In this document: one piece after another, positions 50,601 to 60,600 of the stretch
Layout of the letters: each line of letters starts with the position of its first letter
Position numbering within the stretch: the stretch's first letter is position 1
Origin: Tubiluchus corallicola
Taxonomy: Eukaryota > Animalia > Priapulida
DNA length: 64,000 bases
NCBI GenBank assembly: GCA_030141605.1
Contig: JAQGDQ010000513.1
Span: forward strand, 1 to 64,000
Reading direction: 5' to 3'
Made by a program: the position numbers and the translations under genes
The notes under the pieces: model-generated
The model's database searches: none
Told to the model about the DNA's origin: nothing
The model's input: only the letters and a program-made list of their open reading frames with translations

Positions 50601-50885
50601 CAACATAAATAGTCCCTTGGCCTATTTCTGCGTTTGAAAAGCTGTGCTTGTATTGTTCGGTGTTAGCTCTGTGCTTACAAAGTGTAAGTGTGTAACAAAG
50701 TTTGAAGAAAGTTCCATGATTGACGTCATAAAAGGCATTGATCTTTTCCAAAGCAATTTACCTTGTAATATGCCGGGGATTTTGCTGTTGGAGATAATTC
50801 TGTAATGATTAACTAATAATTGCATTCTAATCGAACAGCATAAACATTTTCGTGCTGAAAATCGTCGAAAGCAGTGCGCTGCCAT
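13559..50885 (-). CDS. DHX30: DHX30-like ATP-dependent DEAH-box RNA helicase, complete 23-exon model, ~1108 aa
   Basis: Exons 5'->3': 50762-50885, 49947-50061, 48362-48515, 47480-47629, 45011-45200, 43519-43666, 40541-40775, 39713-39812, 37408-37567, 35196-35304, 32852-32962, 32317-32465, 29449-29578, 27428-27683, 26409-26547, 24426-24519, 23024-23180, 21845-21963, 20834-21025, 18642-18777, 16460-16565, 15080-15197, 13559-13693. Total 3327 nt, all GT-AG, one open frame. Motifs: [41 protein letters not shown]2 ([19 protein letters not shown]), SDHL and an OB-fold region. The N-terminal dsRBD-like segment [37 protein letters not shown] is typical of DHX30. Exon 1 is the least certain exon. Confidence 0.9.
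14264..14877. mobile_element. ~620-bp MITE family A (TIR tgtgtgcttgcaaaccaaaac(c/t)gtccataagtcggca), copy 1
   Basis: Six colinear copies, all in DHX30 introns. No TSD is clear, so the superfamily is unassigned. Confidence 0.85.
17984..18576. mobile_element. Tc1/pogo-type MITE
   Basis: ta|cagtgttccctcgct ... agtgagggaacactg|ta. Confidence 0.8.
19436..19966. mobile_element. hAT MITE (TIR cagggatgagaat), nested in a cagtgagtcctcgcttaacg element (~19222-20460)
   Basis: Exact 8-bp TSD cttgaaac on both sides; same family as 8211-8673 and 38538-39032. Confidence 0.88.
20545..20760 (+). mobile_element. 3' fragment of the Helitron-like element at 30027-32104
   Basis: Colinear with ~31915-32104, including the terminal hairpin region. 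Confidence 0.65.
21210..21817. mobile_element. Palindromic Tc1/mariner-type MITE with ~190-bp inverted arms
   Basis: ta|cagtcaacctcggatata ... tatccgaggttgacag; the arms are extensively complementary. Confidence 0.8.
22115..22965. repeat. Degenerate element with gcatcacggatcacag-type subterminal repeats and ~58-bp tandem duplications
   Basis: Repeated aaacagtcaatacgcatcacggatcacaga motifs at 22695-22930; complementary motifs near 22125-22240. Confidence 0.5.
24035..24388. mobile_element. TA-flanked MITE (TIR cactcatatctcggtttgcc); second copy ~39988-40454
   Basis: ta|cactcgtatctcggtt ... aaccgagagatgagtg|ta. Confidence 0.75.
24589..25128 (-). mobile_element. 5S rRNA-derived SINE (SINE3) with RTE-derived body and tail
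   Basis: Exact 13-bp TSD tatctcaaacact (24576-24588 and 25129-25141). Order: 120-nt 5S head, RTE-5'UTR-like middle, RTE ORF end ([11 protein letters not shown]), 3' stem-loop cttctg-agac-agaag and ccaacaa tail. Confidence 0.88.
25009..25128 (-). pseudogene. 5S rRNA sequence (SINE head, not a normal 5S gene)
   Basis: GACTATGGCCAAATCACGTTGAAAACACTGGTTCTCGTCTAATCACCGACGTTAAGCAACGTAGAGCCGGGTTAGTACTTGGATGGGTGACCGCCTAGGAATGCCAGGTGCTGTAGGCTT. The internal box C is intact, several CpG->TpG/CpA changes are present, and there is no T-run terminator. Confidence 0.9.
26605..27229. mobile_element. MITE family A copy 2 (same orientation as copy 1)
   Basis: Colinear with 14264-14877. Confidence 0.85.
27236..27337. 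repeat. ~33-bp tandem repeat, 3 copies
   Basis: Unit ggctaattatcaaaacaattgatcttttttat. Confidence 0.85.
28669..29308. mobile_element. MITE family A copy 3 (inverted)
   Basis: Reverse complement of the copy 1/2 sequence. Confidence 0.85.
29665..29974 (-). mobile_element. tRNA-derived SINE with Meta/MESC-like core and (TTA)n tail
   Basis: On the minus strand: A box tagtctagtgg, B box gagttcgaacc, core gggtcataccaaagactttaaaaatggtacctgctgttgccctgcct, then a (tta)n tail at 29665-29722. Confidence 0.8.
30027..32104 (+). mobile_element. Probable non-autonomous Helitron with internal duplications
   Basis: a|TCtatatatc start, 3' hairpin cgcaaa..tttgcg about 10 nt before CTAG|t, and no TSD. Internal duplicated blocks at ~31320-31690 and ~31700-32080. 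A second 3'-end copy lies at 20545. Confidence 0.6.
33000..33715. mobile_element. MITE family A copy 4 (inverted)
   Basis: Reverse complement of the family A sequence, with a small internal insertion at ~33620-33680. Confidence 0.85.
34364..34850. repeat. 81-bp minisatellite, 6 copies
   Basis: Unit tgtcaagattatctacccagcaaaatgtggatagtcaaacataaaactgatttaagactgttaagtttacagcccacccac, period 81. Confidence 0.95.
36267..37133. mobile_element. MITE family A copy 5, interrupted by an RTE 3' fragment
   Basis: Colinear with copy 1 apart from the 36429-36613 insert. Confidence 0.85.
36429..36613 (+). mobile_element. Very short 5'-truncated RTE (Rex3/Expander-like) insertion
   Basis: Encodes [24 protein letters not shown]...[15 protein letters not shown], followed by a (GAA)n tail. 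18-bp TSD atatcatca(g/t)cagcatta. Confidence 0.85.
37733..38260 (-). mobile_element. Degenerate RTE-group LINE 3' end
   Basis: Encodes [14 protein letters not shown]...[21 protein letters not shown]; tgat-type tail; the upstream part is frameshifted. Confidence 0.8.
38538..39032. mobile_element. hAT MITE (TIR cagggatgagaat), inverted copy
   Basis: Exact 8-bp TSD attcgtag. Confidence 0.88.
41217..41545. mobile_element. pogo/Tigger-type MITE
   Basis: ta|ccgtatttattcgagtataacg ... cgttatactcgaataaatacgg|ta. Confidence 0.85.
42533..42950 (-). mobile_element. Internally deleted hAT Charlie/Buster element with transposase fragment, nested in a MITE
   Basis: cagtggttcttaacc terminus at a gtctaaat site. 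Encodes [23 protein letters not shown]...[12 protein letters not shown], a Buster/ZBED5-type motif. Confidence 0.85.
43383..43480. repeat. 17-bp tandem repeat, ~5.5 copies
   Basis: Unit cttgtaagcatgtacat. Confidence 0.9.
43778..44254. mobile_element. hAT MITE
   Basis: gtcatgac|tagtgatgggcaat ... attgcccatcacta|gtcgtgac (8-bp TSD, 1 mismatch). Confidence 0.85.
44910..44943 (+). ncRNA. Minimal type I hammerhead ribozyme motif (Penelope-like element remnant)
   Basis: cag-CTGATGA-a-[gtct-gaga-ggac]-GAAA-gt-TC-ctg: core boxes, GNRA-capped stem II and a short stem I (cag/ctg). Confidence 0.55.
45242..45656. mobile_element. hAT Charlie-type MITE
   Basis: caggggtgtgcaaa ... tttgcacacccctg with gcgggccgc subterminal repeats; degenerate 8-bp target ttgtagat/ctgtaaag. 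Confidence 0.8.
46356..46798 (-). mobile_element. Internally deleted pogo/Tigger element with transposase C-terminus
   Basis: ta|ccgtattttcccatgtataagagacc ... ggtctcttatagatgggaaaatacgg|ta. ORF 46453-46680 encodes [32 protein letters not shown] plus an acidic tail. Confidence 0.88.
47713..48195. mobile_element. hAT-like MITE with ttccctgac subterminal repeats
   Basis: cagggttcccac ... gtgggtaccccg. Confidence 0.7.
48703..49367. mobile_element. MITE family A copy 6
   Basis: Both TIRs present; colinear with copy 1. Confidence 0.85.
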
Positions 50886-51284
50886 ACTTTCGTACTCATT
50901 ACACTACTCATAGCAAGATAGACGCATCGTTCTTGGAAAGATTTCAATTGCGATTTGTTTTATAAAAAAGTGTCCCAACTCATAAGACAAAAGAAACAAA
51001 AAGCTTTTTGTTCTACTTTTTTCTCTTTAATTTATTCTTTTCTGTATTTAATTGCTTGTATTTATTGTAACTTTGTACATCTCCTGTAACCTGTAATTTC
51101 ACTTTTCTCTCGTTTTCATTTATATTATGTCATTGTAGGTACTGAAACTTCCACTCGTTTCTTTTAACTTAACTTCGAGTTAGTGTTAGTGAATGATGAG
51201 GCAATCGGTAATTACTAAAATTTATTTAGTTAAATGAATTTACTGTAAAAGTTGGGAACACCTTAGAAAGAACTTTTAGTATGA

Positions 51285-52220
51285 GTACTGATGAGTCTGG
51301 GGTCCCCCTGGTGGATTGTCTTAGTCCAATACTTTCCATGCTCTACCTTGCAAATGCATTTAAGATCCAAACTCCTCCAAAATTAATGCTGATCATGATT
51401 ATGATACCACTGTCTGTGATAACCTTTCTCAACATTATTTTGGATCACTCCTATCCTGCTTTGGAATGCTATGAATCATTCCTATGCTGATGATATTGGA
51501 TGGATTTGTGTATCAAATTTTCAAACTAACACAATAAAAAGGGATTTTCCAAAAAAACTAGAGAAAAGAAATCTTCAAGAAAACCAGTTAAAAACAGAAG
51601 AAAATATTATTGCAAGAGGTCTGGGAAAAAGTGTAAGTACATGGGCACTTTTCTAAGCACCAAAGATGATATTAAAAGCAGAAAGCAACAAGCAACACAT
51701 GCTTTTCTTCAGCACAAGAATGTATTAACTGGCAAGAAATTGTGTCTTAACATAAGACTTTGATTATTTAATGATTACATTACCAGCATATTTATGTACA
51801 ACAGTGAAACTTGGTGTTTAACGATTACTCAAGAAAAGCAGATTGACACATTTCATAGAAACCTTCTTATGAATGTTTTAAAGAAAAGATGGCCATACAT
51901 AATCAAAAGTGGAGATTTATACACCAGAACAAAAGAAATTTCTTAGAGTTCAAAAGTCAAGATCCTAAGATTAAGCCGGCTAGGACATCTTCTGAGATTA
52001 CCAAATGAAGCACCAGTAAGAATCGCCTTAAAGGAAGCCTTAAGACCGTTGCAAAAAAACCAACTGGCAAACCTAAAACAACTTGGATAGCTAAGATAAA
52101 TAAAGATGTTCAACAACTTCAACCAATCTATCTTTAGGAATAGAAGAACTTCGATAGAAGAACAGAAATAGAGCATAAATTGTACAGATTGCATGCAACA
52201 TTTTAATGATGAAGAATGTA
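51285..52220 (+). pseudogene. Degenerate LINE reverse transcriptase (RTE group, related to 37733-38260)
   Basis: GVPLVDCLSPIL..LYL, YADDIGW, YNSETW and RLGHLLRLPNEAPVRIAL occur in shifting frames with stops. Confidence 0.75.
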
Positions 52221-54187
52221 TGTAGTTGAATCGGTGAAATAATAAAATCCATTATTAAAAAATCGATGCTCATTTCTAAAGGAGCGGGTGAATCATGTCA
52301 CAGTTATCGAAATAATAATAAGGCAGAGCAAAAACAGAGGAATTCTGTTGGAATTTTGTTATTTTCATTGATTTGTAATGTTGTTATTATGTATTGCTTG
52401 GGGTTGGGAACAATGATTTCAACTACTTGACCCTGAACTGAACTCGATGATGTCCAAAGCCCCAACCACACCTATTCACTACTGTAAAGATATCAAAGCT
52501 ATCAAAGATATAAAAAGATAATTAATTTATTGAACGCAGCGAACTTTGCCAGCTTATTACATTAGATGCTGTAAAAATTGACTGCCAATTTCTTCAGTGT
52601 GAACAGAATAATGTTCCAAAATTTTCATTGGCTTTGGTGAGCTGTTTTCGCCAAACCAAAATTTAATGTCGTTTACTGATATCAACAAATTTATGACATA
52701 AGGGTTTTCCACCTTAATATAAAAATAATAAACCAGATAGTTAGCTGTTACTGAAATTATAATACGCAAGTACACTCAGGATTCATAGCACCTCTATTTA
52801 GCCTTTTATTTCTATGGTTTGTAGTTAGCATTTTATTTGTTTTTCTTGTCGCTTGGTGGCACTAAACGGCTTCATTCTTCCGAAATACCCGGATGTTGCC
52901 CTGAATATTTTAGGTCAACCTTCTGTGGGATTTATTGGCACGGAGGGAAGTCATGTTCATTTTGTGTTATTGTTCAATATCTATTTGAGTGGTACTTTTA
53001 GTCATCACAGATTCTGAGAAATTTGACTACATCAAAGTTTTGTTGTTTTACTTTTTCGCACTAAATTAGAAGACGGAATGGTAGTACAAGTAGCGTTTTG
53101 TGGCACTTCGTGAGTGCGTAATTGTGTGTTATTTTGACAAGTATTTCAACGCTTAACGGTGAAGTTACGCGTAACAAAGAAAGGTAATGTCGACATAAAT
53201 ACAACTGATAAATAGTGAACTTGTAAAAATTACCAAGTTTTCATTCATTTAAGTGATTATTGCTTTTATCTGACTTCCATATTGTGTTGCGCAAATAGTT
53301 GTGATGTCAAGCTATTTTGATAATCTTGTGTCAGGTTTTCTCGATGATGACCATTTTTGCATATACTGCTTTGCCTCACATTAATTTTATTATTGAGTAT
53401 TAACATTTTGGTCTGACCGTAATGTACCAATAGAATGATCTACTTCTTTTGTAATAGAAAATTGCTTTTTAAAGCATATATTCGAATCTGCATTGAACTT
53501 GTAATAGACTGTCAAAGGCTTTGAATATCTCCGTTATGTAGAGAAATTTGAATGACTGAACAACTTCACTCTTTACCATAACTAGGAAATCTTTAACCTG
53601 GAAACAGTTCTTTAGTTCTTACCAGACTGTGTTGGGCAACAGCCTTCATAAGCTAAGGTAAAATTATGCATCTACTTAACCGGTTGTAGATTTCTTTGTA
53701 CAACTTTTAGTACTTTTGTTCTTCAAATACGGTTCCCCCACTTAGTTGTTATATTCCAGATGAAGTCATCTAGTCTGCTTAACGTTATAATTTTGCCTAT
53801 TTGTGGTTTAGCGCAGAATTTGTTGGTTTTATTCATGTTGTAAACTTATATCACGTACATCACCTTATCATAGTGTGAAGCAGCACCAAAAAACGTACTA
53901 TTGAGTTTTTCGAGATCAACTCCCCCGCTACAAGCTGTGTCTATCGTTGCTGGCAAAATGATACAAAAATCAAATGCTATTCGTGTTGTCAAGGTACACC
54001 TAAACATAGTTACAATAAATTGGTGAGCAATTTGGGACTTCTGACGTGGCATCATGTTTCTGGTGATTACGGCTGTAATGATACATCTAACTCACTATAC
54101 AATACATATCACGATACACATTGAGTTAACATTTGGAGACTTTAATAAAGAAACTAGATTAAGTTGTTGATATATATATTTATTTAA

Positions 54188-57100
54188 AGGAAGAACAAAA
54201 CTCGAACAACATTTATTGCATTTGAATATATAATTAAAAATATTGGAATCACCACACAAAATATGCACATAGAATGCAATGCTTAAAAATGTAAAAGAAA
54301 TTTAAATATTTTTTATCTCCTGTCAAACGAACATTGCAGCCGGCATATTTAAAAAAGATGATGTAAGCTGGTGACTGCTGGGCAGCGTGAGTGCCGTGAA
54401 AACAAGCTTTGATGAAGGTACGCGTTAAGAAATTTCCACACTTTACTCAGAAGTTAGCACGTTACCACAGTTATTCTAGCATTGTGTTCAATTGTGTTTA
54501 TGTAAAAATTAGTCATAGGATCAATTATGCCTAAGTTTAATGTGATTACATAGCTTTAATTCACAGGATTATACCACAAAATGTATCAGTATTATACATT
54601 AATTGCGTAAATGCAATTAATTTACAGACTTTTGTTGACTTTCACATGCACATGTAAAATTGCGAGCATACAGTAGGTTAAATATATATATATATATATA
54701 TGTTAGATTTATCAAACAATTTTAAGACTGCTAAGTGCTAAAACTATTCAGCAAACTGTTTGATTTCTGTTTATACTCTTGTTTGTTTGTATTGTAAGCC
54801 ACCAGAAATGCAAAACTTTTCAGTACTTTTGATTTAAAATATGCTGATGCATTTTCTAGTCCACATTTGCTGCAAGCCATTTCAGAAACTTATAAGCAGA
54901 AACATAATTAGCCTGCTTTAGATTATTGTTCTAAACACATTGCACAAGCTTCAACTGCTTCCTTGCTTATTTACAATACATTCTACAGCTGTAGCTTGTA
55001 TTATTTCACTGATTGTTTTTATCAGGGGACAGTCAAGCATGTGCTAAATATGATTATCGCGATACTGGTACTTGTTCCTATGTCATCACAAAAGATATTA
55101 CGATGCATCAGTGTATCATCACAGGCCTACTGGTCACATCGATGTATCGTGAAAAAATTACGCATGTTTAATTTCGACATTAAATTATTATCATGATGGA
55201 TCATCGTGATGTCATACTACTTATCTGTACACAGTGGCGTTGACTGACGATTATAAGATTTTGTTGTGATGAAGTGATAGTGTGGAAGTGTGGACAGTGT
55301 GCATTAGGACCAAGCTCTTGATAAAATGCAAAAACAACAATAAAGTTGCTTCTTTTTCTAACAAGTATATTAAAAAAACACTGTTTTTTCTATTGCAAAA
55401 CCAGTACTGCAAAATCTTTCTATTCTCTTTTCCGATTGCTTTCAGATTCTGAAGTTGCCTCAAATGCATTAATTTTAAAAGTGGTAATCAAAAATAATGA
55501 ATGAATTGAAAATTTTTGACGTCTTTTATTATTGTTGATCAATTTCAATGCCTGGAAAGTTGGGTTTATATGGGTGATTAAGACAAACTATATTTGTTTT
55601 TGTGAAAAGTGATAAGTGAGATGGCAATTTTTTATATCTGCTGTTTGCTCTAGAAAGTTTGCTATTGTGAACAAAAGCTTTTTTACCCCACAATTTTTTA
55701 TACTTCCATAGTTTTGACATATAAAATTCATGGGGTTTGGGACAACTCAGTTGCACAACATTTTTTTTAATTTTGGAGTTTTTATAGTTAAGCTGTGTAT
55801 AACAGAAGGTGGAAAGGGAGCAGAAAACGTACACAATTCTGTGAGCACTGCATTTTAAACATTGCAATAGGTTGCAATGTAAACTTCGACACATGCTAGT
55901 CAGTGAGATCATTTATGTGTTGAAAGCTCAAACGATGAGTTTTCACACTTCGTATAAATTTTATTATCATGAGAATAATTTATGGAAGACAAAGTTGTTC
56001 AGATGTTGAAGTGGCATCCCTGTGTTATATTTAAATGCCCGATTCCTATGAACAGGAATGCCACAATGTTATGTCTTAATCGCCACCTTTTACAGCACTC
56101 GTGTAAAATCAATTAATGTCAGTTGTCATGCTTTCTGTTTTTTTAACAAGCAATAAGAATACATCTGGCACGGAATTCAGTTGGCCGAATTCTTTACTTG
56201 ATAAGTTATAGATGGGGCATATAGATTAGTTATTGGATTAGAATTCAGATTTTTTGACATCTAGTAAATTAACTCTCATTGAGTTAAAGCAAAAGCCAAG
56301 TATCTCGGGAAGTTGAGCTTATTCTAATATTTGACAAAAATGTTAGGTTGTTGCAGCAATAAAACTGTGATATGTGCCTTCTGTAATTAGTAAAATCAAT
56401 TTAAAGTCGCCCTGACTTCACGCTTGGGCGCACTCATTTTAGACGAAAAATGCCTTCATCCGGTTTCCCTTCAATATGAACACTTATCCGGCCAGCAGTC
56501 GGGCTTCAGTAATCTTTTCTTGACTTATAGAGCGAACTCTATAAACTAAGTAACCCACGTGGTACCTACTGTATGCTCGCAATTTTACATGTGTATCTTA
56601 GTCAACAAAAGTCTGTAAATTAACCCTTTCAGTCCCAAATTATTTTTTTAATAAAAAATTTTTTGGCTTGGTACTTTTGTTCAGTTTGTCCATCTTGTTT
56701 ACACATAATTATTTTTTTCTACCTGTGCCCATATGCTAAATATATCCTGTATCCCACGGGATACATTGGGATTCAATGGAAGCATAAAATGTGCTTCATT
56801 TTGCAGTTGCTGATAATTTTTTAAAGTATTTAAGACATTTAGCGTGCATGCTATGCTGATCTGTACAAAGTCGTCTCTAAAGTACTGTACCTTGCACAGT
56901 TTTTTATGCTATGTAAATTTTCTAGTTTGCCATTTTATCACCATTTTTAGTCTATTGTTATTGGCTTAAATCAAAATAACTATTAACAGATCAAATAACT
57001 GTCTGTTTTAAAATTTTATTAGTGCTAAAGGCAGAAAATATTTCATATCCCACGGGATACAACGGGTATGAAAGGGTTAATTACATTTACGCAATTAACG

Positions 57101-57495
57101 TATGCTACTTACACATTTTACGGTATAATCCTGTGGATTAAAGCTATGTAACAACTTTAAACTTGATCATAATTGACCAAATGACATTTTTACATAAACA
57201 CAATTGAATACAATGCTAGAATAACTGAACTTCTGAGTGAACTGTAGAAATTTCTTAACGCGCACCTTCATCAAAGCTTGCTTTCACGGCACTCACGCTA
57301 CCCAGCAGTCACCAGCTTAGGTTATATTTTTCAAATATGCCGGCTGCAATGTTTGTTTGACAGGAGATAAAAAATATTTAAATTTCTTTTACATGTTTAA
57401 GCATTGCATTCGTTGTGCATATTTTGTGCGGTGTTTCCAATATTTTTAATTATGTATTCAAATGCAATAAATGTTGTTCGAGTTTTCTTCTTCCT
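54188..57495. mobile_element. 3.3-kb Kolobok-like DNA element with ~490-bp TIRs
   Basis: ttaa|aggaagaacaaaactcg ... cgagttttcttcttcct|ttaa. Arms 54188-54679 and 56563-57495 are reverse complements (~85-90%); the right arm is interrupted by a piggyBac MITE. Confidence 0.7.
56624..57076. mobile_element. piggyBac-type MITE
   Basis: ttaa|ccctttcagtccc ... gggtatgaaaggg|ttaa. The empty site (single ttaa at 54617-54620) is visible in the sister arm. The subterminal palindrome tatcccacgggata occurs twice. Confidence 0.9.
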
Positions 57496-57605
57496 TTAAA
57501 TAAGTTTTCTCCTATTTCAGGTGAAGTGAGGCTGTTGGTGTTTGTTTTTTTCTCACAAGTCTCGTAGCCGATTAAACCGTCACCCTGGCGTCTGATTCAT
57601 CTAGT

Positions 57606-57689
57606 ATGGCCGTGTCCCGAGTGCCGACCCCTCCGCCACCTGCAGAAATGTGTTCAGTACCAGTTGCGGAAAACTGGTGCTACACACAG
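57606..57689 (+). CDS. SPOP: Speckle-type POZ protein (SPOP/roadkill), first coding exon; rest of gene not found in window
   Basis: Exon 57521-57689 (tttcag|...cag|gtatgt). ATG at 57606 gives [28 protein letters not shown], which matches the conserved SPOP N-terminus [26 protein letters not shown]. Confidence 0.9.
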
Positions 57690-60600
57690 GTATGTTCAAA
57701 TTGTTTTTTGATTGTTAACTTCCTTCTGTTTGATTAATTAAGTAAGCAGAATCTTCTTAATTTACCCCCGTTTTTTATTTATTTATTTTTTATTTGATTT
57801 ACGCTGATTAAGCAAATCGTTCTTGCTTTTTTCCTTGTTATGTAAATAATGTCATCATCATTATTGGATGCTATCATTACTGGTGTAATCAAATATCTTT
57901 ATTTTAGGCCAAAAAGTGCTGCTCGAATGTTCAATACTCCTGGGTTAGATAACAATTTTTAATGCAAACCGATTTCGGTTACCTACTGTTGGTAACTAAT
58001 TTTGTAACTTATATTCATTCAGGCAATGCCTGCTGCTCTGACAGGACTACCATTGTTAAAACTGTTTGCCTGTTTACTATGTTAAAAATTTCCGTGCTAA
58101 TCTTCATACGTACGGTAGTCGCCATAGTTGCACGACGCGCCATTCAGGGTTGCCTGACGACCGAGTCTTTCTTAGGACAAAAGTAAGCCAGATGCAGCAA
58201 AATTTAGCCTATCCTAAGCAGCATAATAGCAAAAAATAAGCAATACTTGTGAGTCTAATCTCGTTTTTACAATGAATCAATGACTAATAGTCGATATTTA
58301 TATTAATCAACCACAGGCGACCATATTATCAATAATGATTATGATTTTTGTTAAAATTAGATCATTTTTAAGTACACATCCTTCAGTTAAATCGAATGGC
58401 AATGCAGTTGCAATATGTACATTTTGTTTTTCTAAAAGAACTTTCAAACTTGATAATCACCTTACAATTTTTTACACAAAGTATTGTCGCATTTATGTTT
58501 GTATTGTCTTTTCTTTTTAACTGGTTACCACAAAAATTCTAGGTAACCGAACGACAGGTTACGCAAGCCAAATACAACGAGAAGTTGTTTTACAAATACG
58601 CAAATTTTTGAAATTTCTTTCGAGGCCTGTATTTGGTTGAAAAGTTCTGTGTTTTCTGGCTGGATTATTTAAAGGCTTATGTAGTGTAGCGTGTTGGTCA
58701 CTGCAAGTGCAATAGCGTTTTTATTCGACGCTGCGCATAAGTAATTATTTTTTCCGTCGCCTATTTGTAGTCTATTTTGTCAGGACATAGATGAGTATGT
58801 TGGAGTGTGTCTTTGTGAAGAATATTCATTATAATGCACTGGGAAAATACCAAAAGTAATAATCACCAATCTGATGCACAAATCTGACAGTATAAGTCAG
58901 CTCTCTCTTACTAATGCAGTTCGGTCAAACAAAAATCATTGCTTTTTGCTTGACGCAAAACAGGTGTGGCGTTAGCAGTGTCTCATAAACCATCTGACGC
59001 TTTATTGATACGCTATTATCATATGATTTTAGTACAAGACATACATTGTGTGATATGTGCATAGTATCATTGGTACAGCACCAACTGCAAACTTGTACGT
59101 ATGGTACAATTCATACTATACGTGATATAAGAAAAATAAATTGGATTACTGTTTTCTATTTTTTTTTGAAATTTATTTCTCGAGTGATAACATTTTCTCT
59201 TGCATGTCGTGTGACTCAATTCTGCGTACATTGTGCTTGGGGTTCTGAATTACAATTTCAAACTGTCGTATAAATTTCCATGTGCAATGAAATGCGTATG
59301 GAGTGAAGTTCGTAGAATTAATGTTAAGCAAAATTTAGTGTCATTTTAAGCTTTTCTGGCGATGGCGTTGGAATTCATTTGTAGTACCATTTTGAAATCT
59401 TGTACTGTACAGTATTTTTCACTTCTTTAAACAAAACTACATTAACTGGTTGCGACTATTCGAGTTTTCTATGGCGGATCTAGATAACAAAATTAAACTA
59501 ATGAAATAAAGTAGTGCTTAAGTTTATTGCTTAAGCACTATTTTATTTCAGTAGATTTAGTTCTGTTGTATGAGTCGGCTTAATAGCTCCCAGGAACTAG
59601 TGTTTTTTTTATGTTTATGTAAAACCCGACTTTAAATAAAGTTTGATTTGATTTGAGATCTCTCTCATTTATGTAAACTGCAGGCAAAATTTTGTAAAAC
59701 TAGTTTAAATTGGAATTCAGTCTTATTATGCAAATTTGTGATAATATTTATGTCTTTCTCTACGTATCGTGGGTAGTTGTTGTAGTTACCTATTCATTCA
59801 TGCTGTAATGCTGCATGTTTGCATTCTAAAAATTTTTATCCGTTTTTGAACTTTATTTCCGTGAACCTTGCTGAGTTTATACGTGTACTCTCAGTTATAG
59901 TGTATAAATTTCGATACCAAAGGCATCGTTCTAACACCTTGGTAAAAGTCACGTTTTTTCTTTGTTGTTTTTTGTGTAGTCATTATGGTCATCTAACCAC
60001 ATTATCTGCGCTACGTTTGAACGTTCATAATTGTGATAGACGCTGCATCGTCAGTGGTTCATCACTTTGTTTACACAATATATTTTGCGTGCTTAATGTG
60101 TTTATAAATGTTTCTGACTGGCGGTGATTACCTAGTTTGGTCATTGACGTTCGTAATGTTGTTGGCTATAAACTCCAATGAACTTCCTTAATGGACGTTG
60201 TGTCACCCAGTTCCTTTGAGACGTACTCGTGTGCAAAACGTAAAGTATAATGTCCTTATCTCTGACATATAATACGTTTAGCTGCATAAATCCATTGTCG
60301 ATGATTTGTCAGCGCCGATTATAGTTCAAAAACTCGAAGCAGAAATGCAAACAAATTTCTATTTAGCTTTTGTGTCCAGTAGGTTTTGTTCAGTCGGTGG
60401 CGTATAGGTTCAACAGCCACACTGAATGGGCTGGGGGTGTTCAGACTGCATGCTTAGTACGTGAGTGGCCGGTAACAAGCGCTGCTCTGACCAGTATTCT
60501 TGGCATTTATTGCAAGTTCAACAAACTAGATTGCCCCGACTGTTTGGCAGTGCTTGCTCAATTTAAGCCAACTTACCCTCTACGCATTACACACGTCTTG

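Noticed and set aside
50553-50675. Extra DHX30 exon in intron 1
   Set aside because: Candidate acceptors give in-frame stops in phase 1, and exons 1 and 2 join cleanly without it.
13559-50885. Assignment to DHX36, DHX57, DHX29 or DHX9
   Set aside because: The WP..dsRBD segment, FLPGWQEI and [12 protein letters not shown]...NQYS..HELVK fit DHX30. I saw no DHX36 DSM, no UBA/RWD domains and no DHX9 RGG tail. Phylogeny was not run.
51285-51310. Second hammerhead at ctgatgagtc
   Set aside because: No stem II/GAAA partner follows; it is part of a decayed RT.
55529-55912. 127-aa ORF as the DHX30 first exon or a host gene
   Set aside because: It lies inside the long-TIR element, has no recognisable homology, and DHX30 already has an in-phase ATG exon at 50762-50885.
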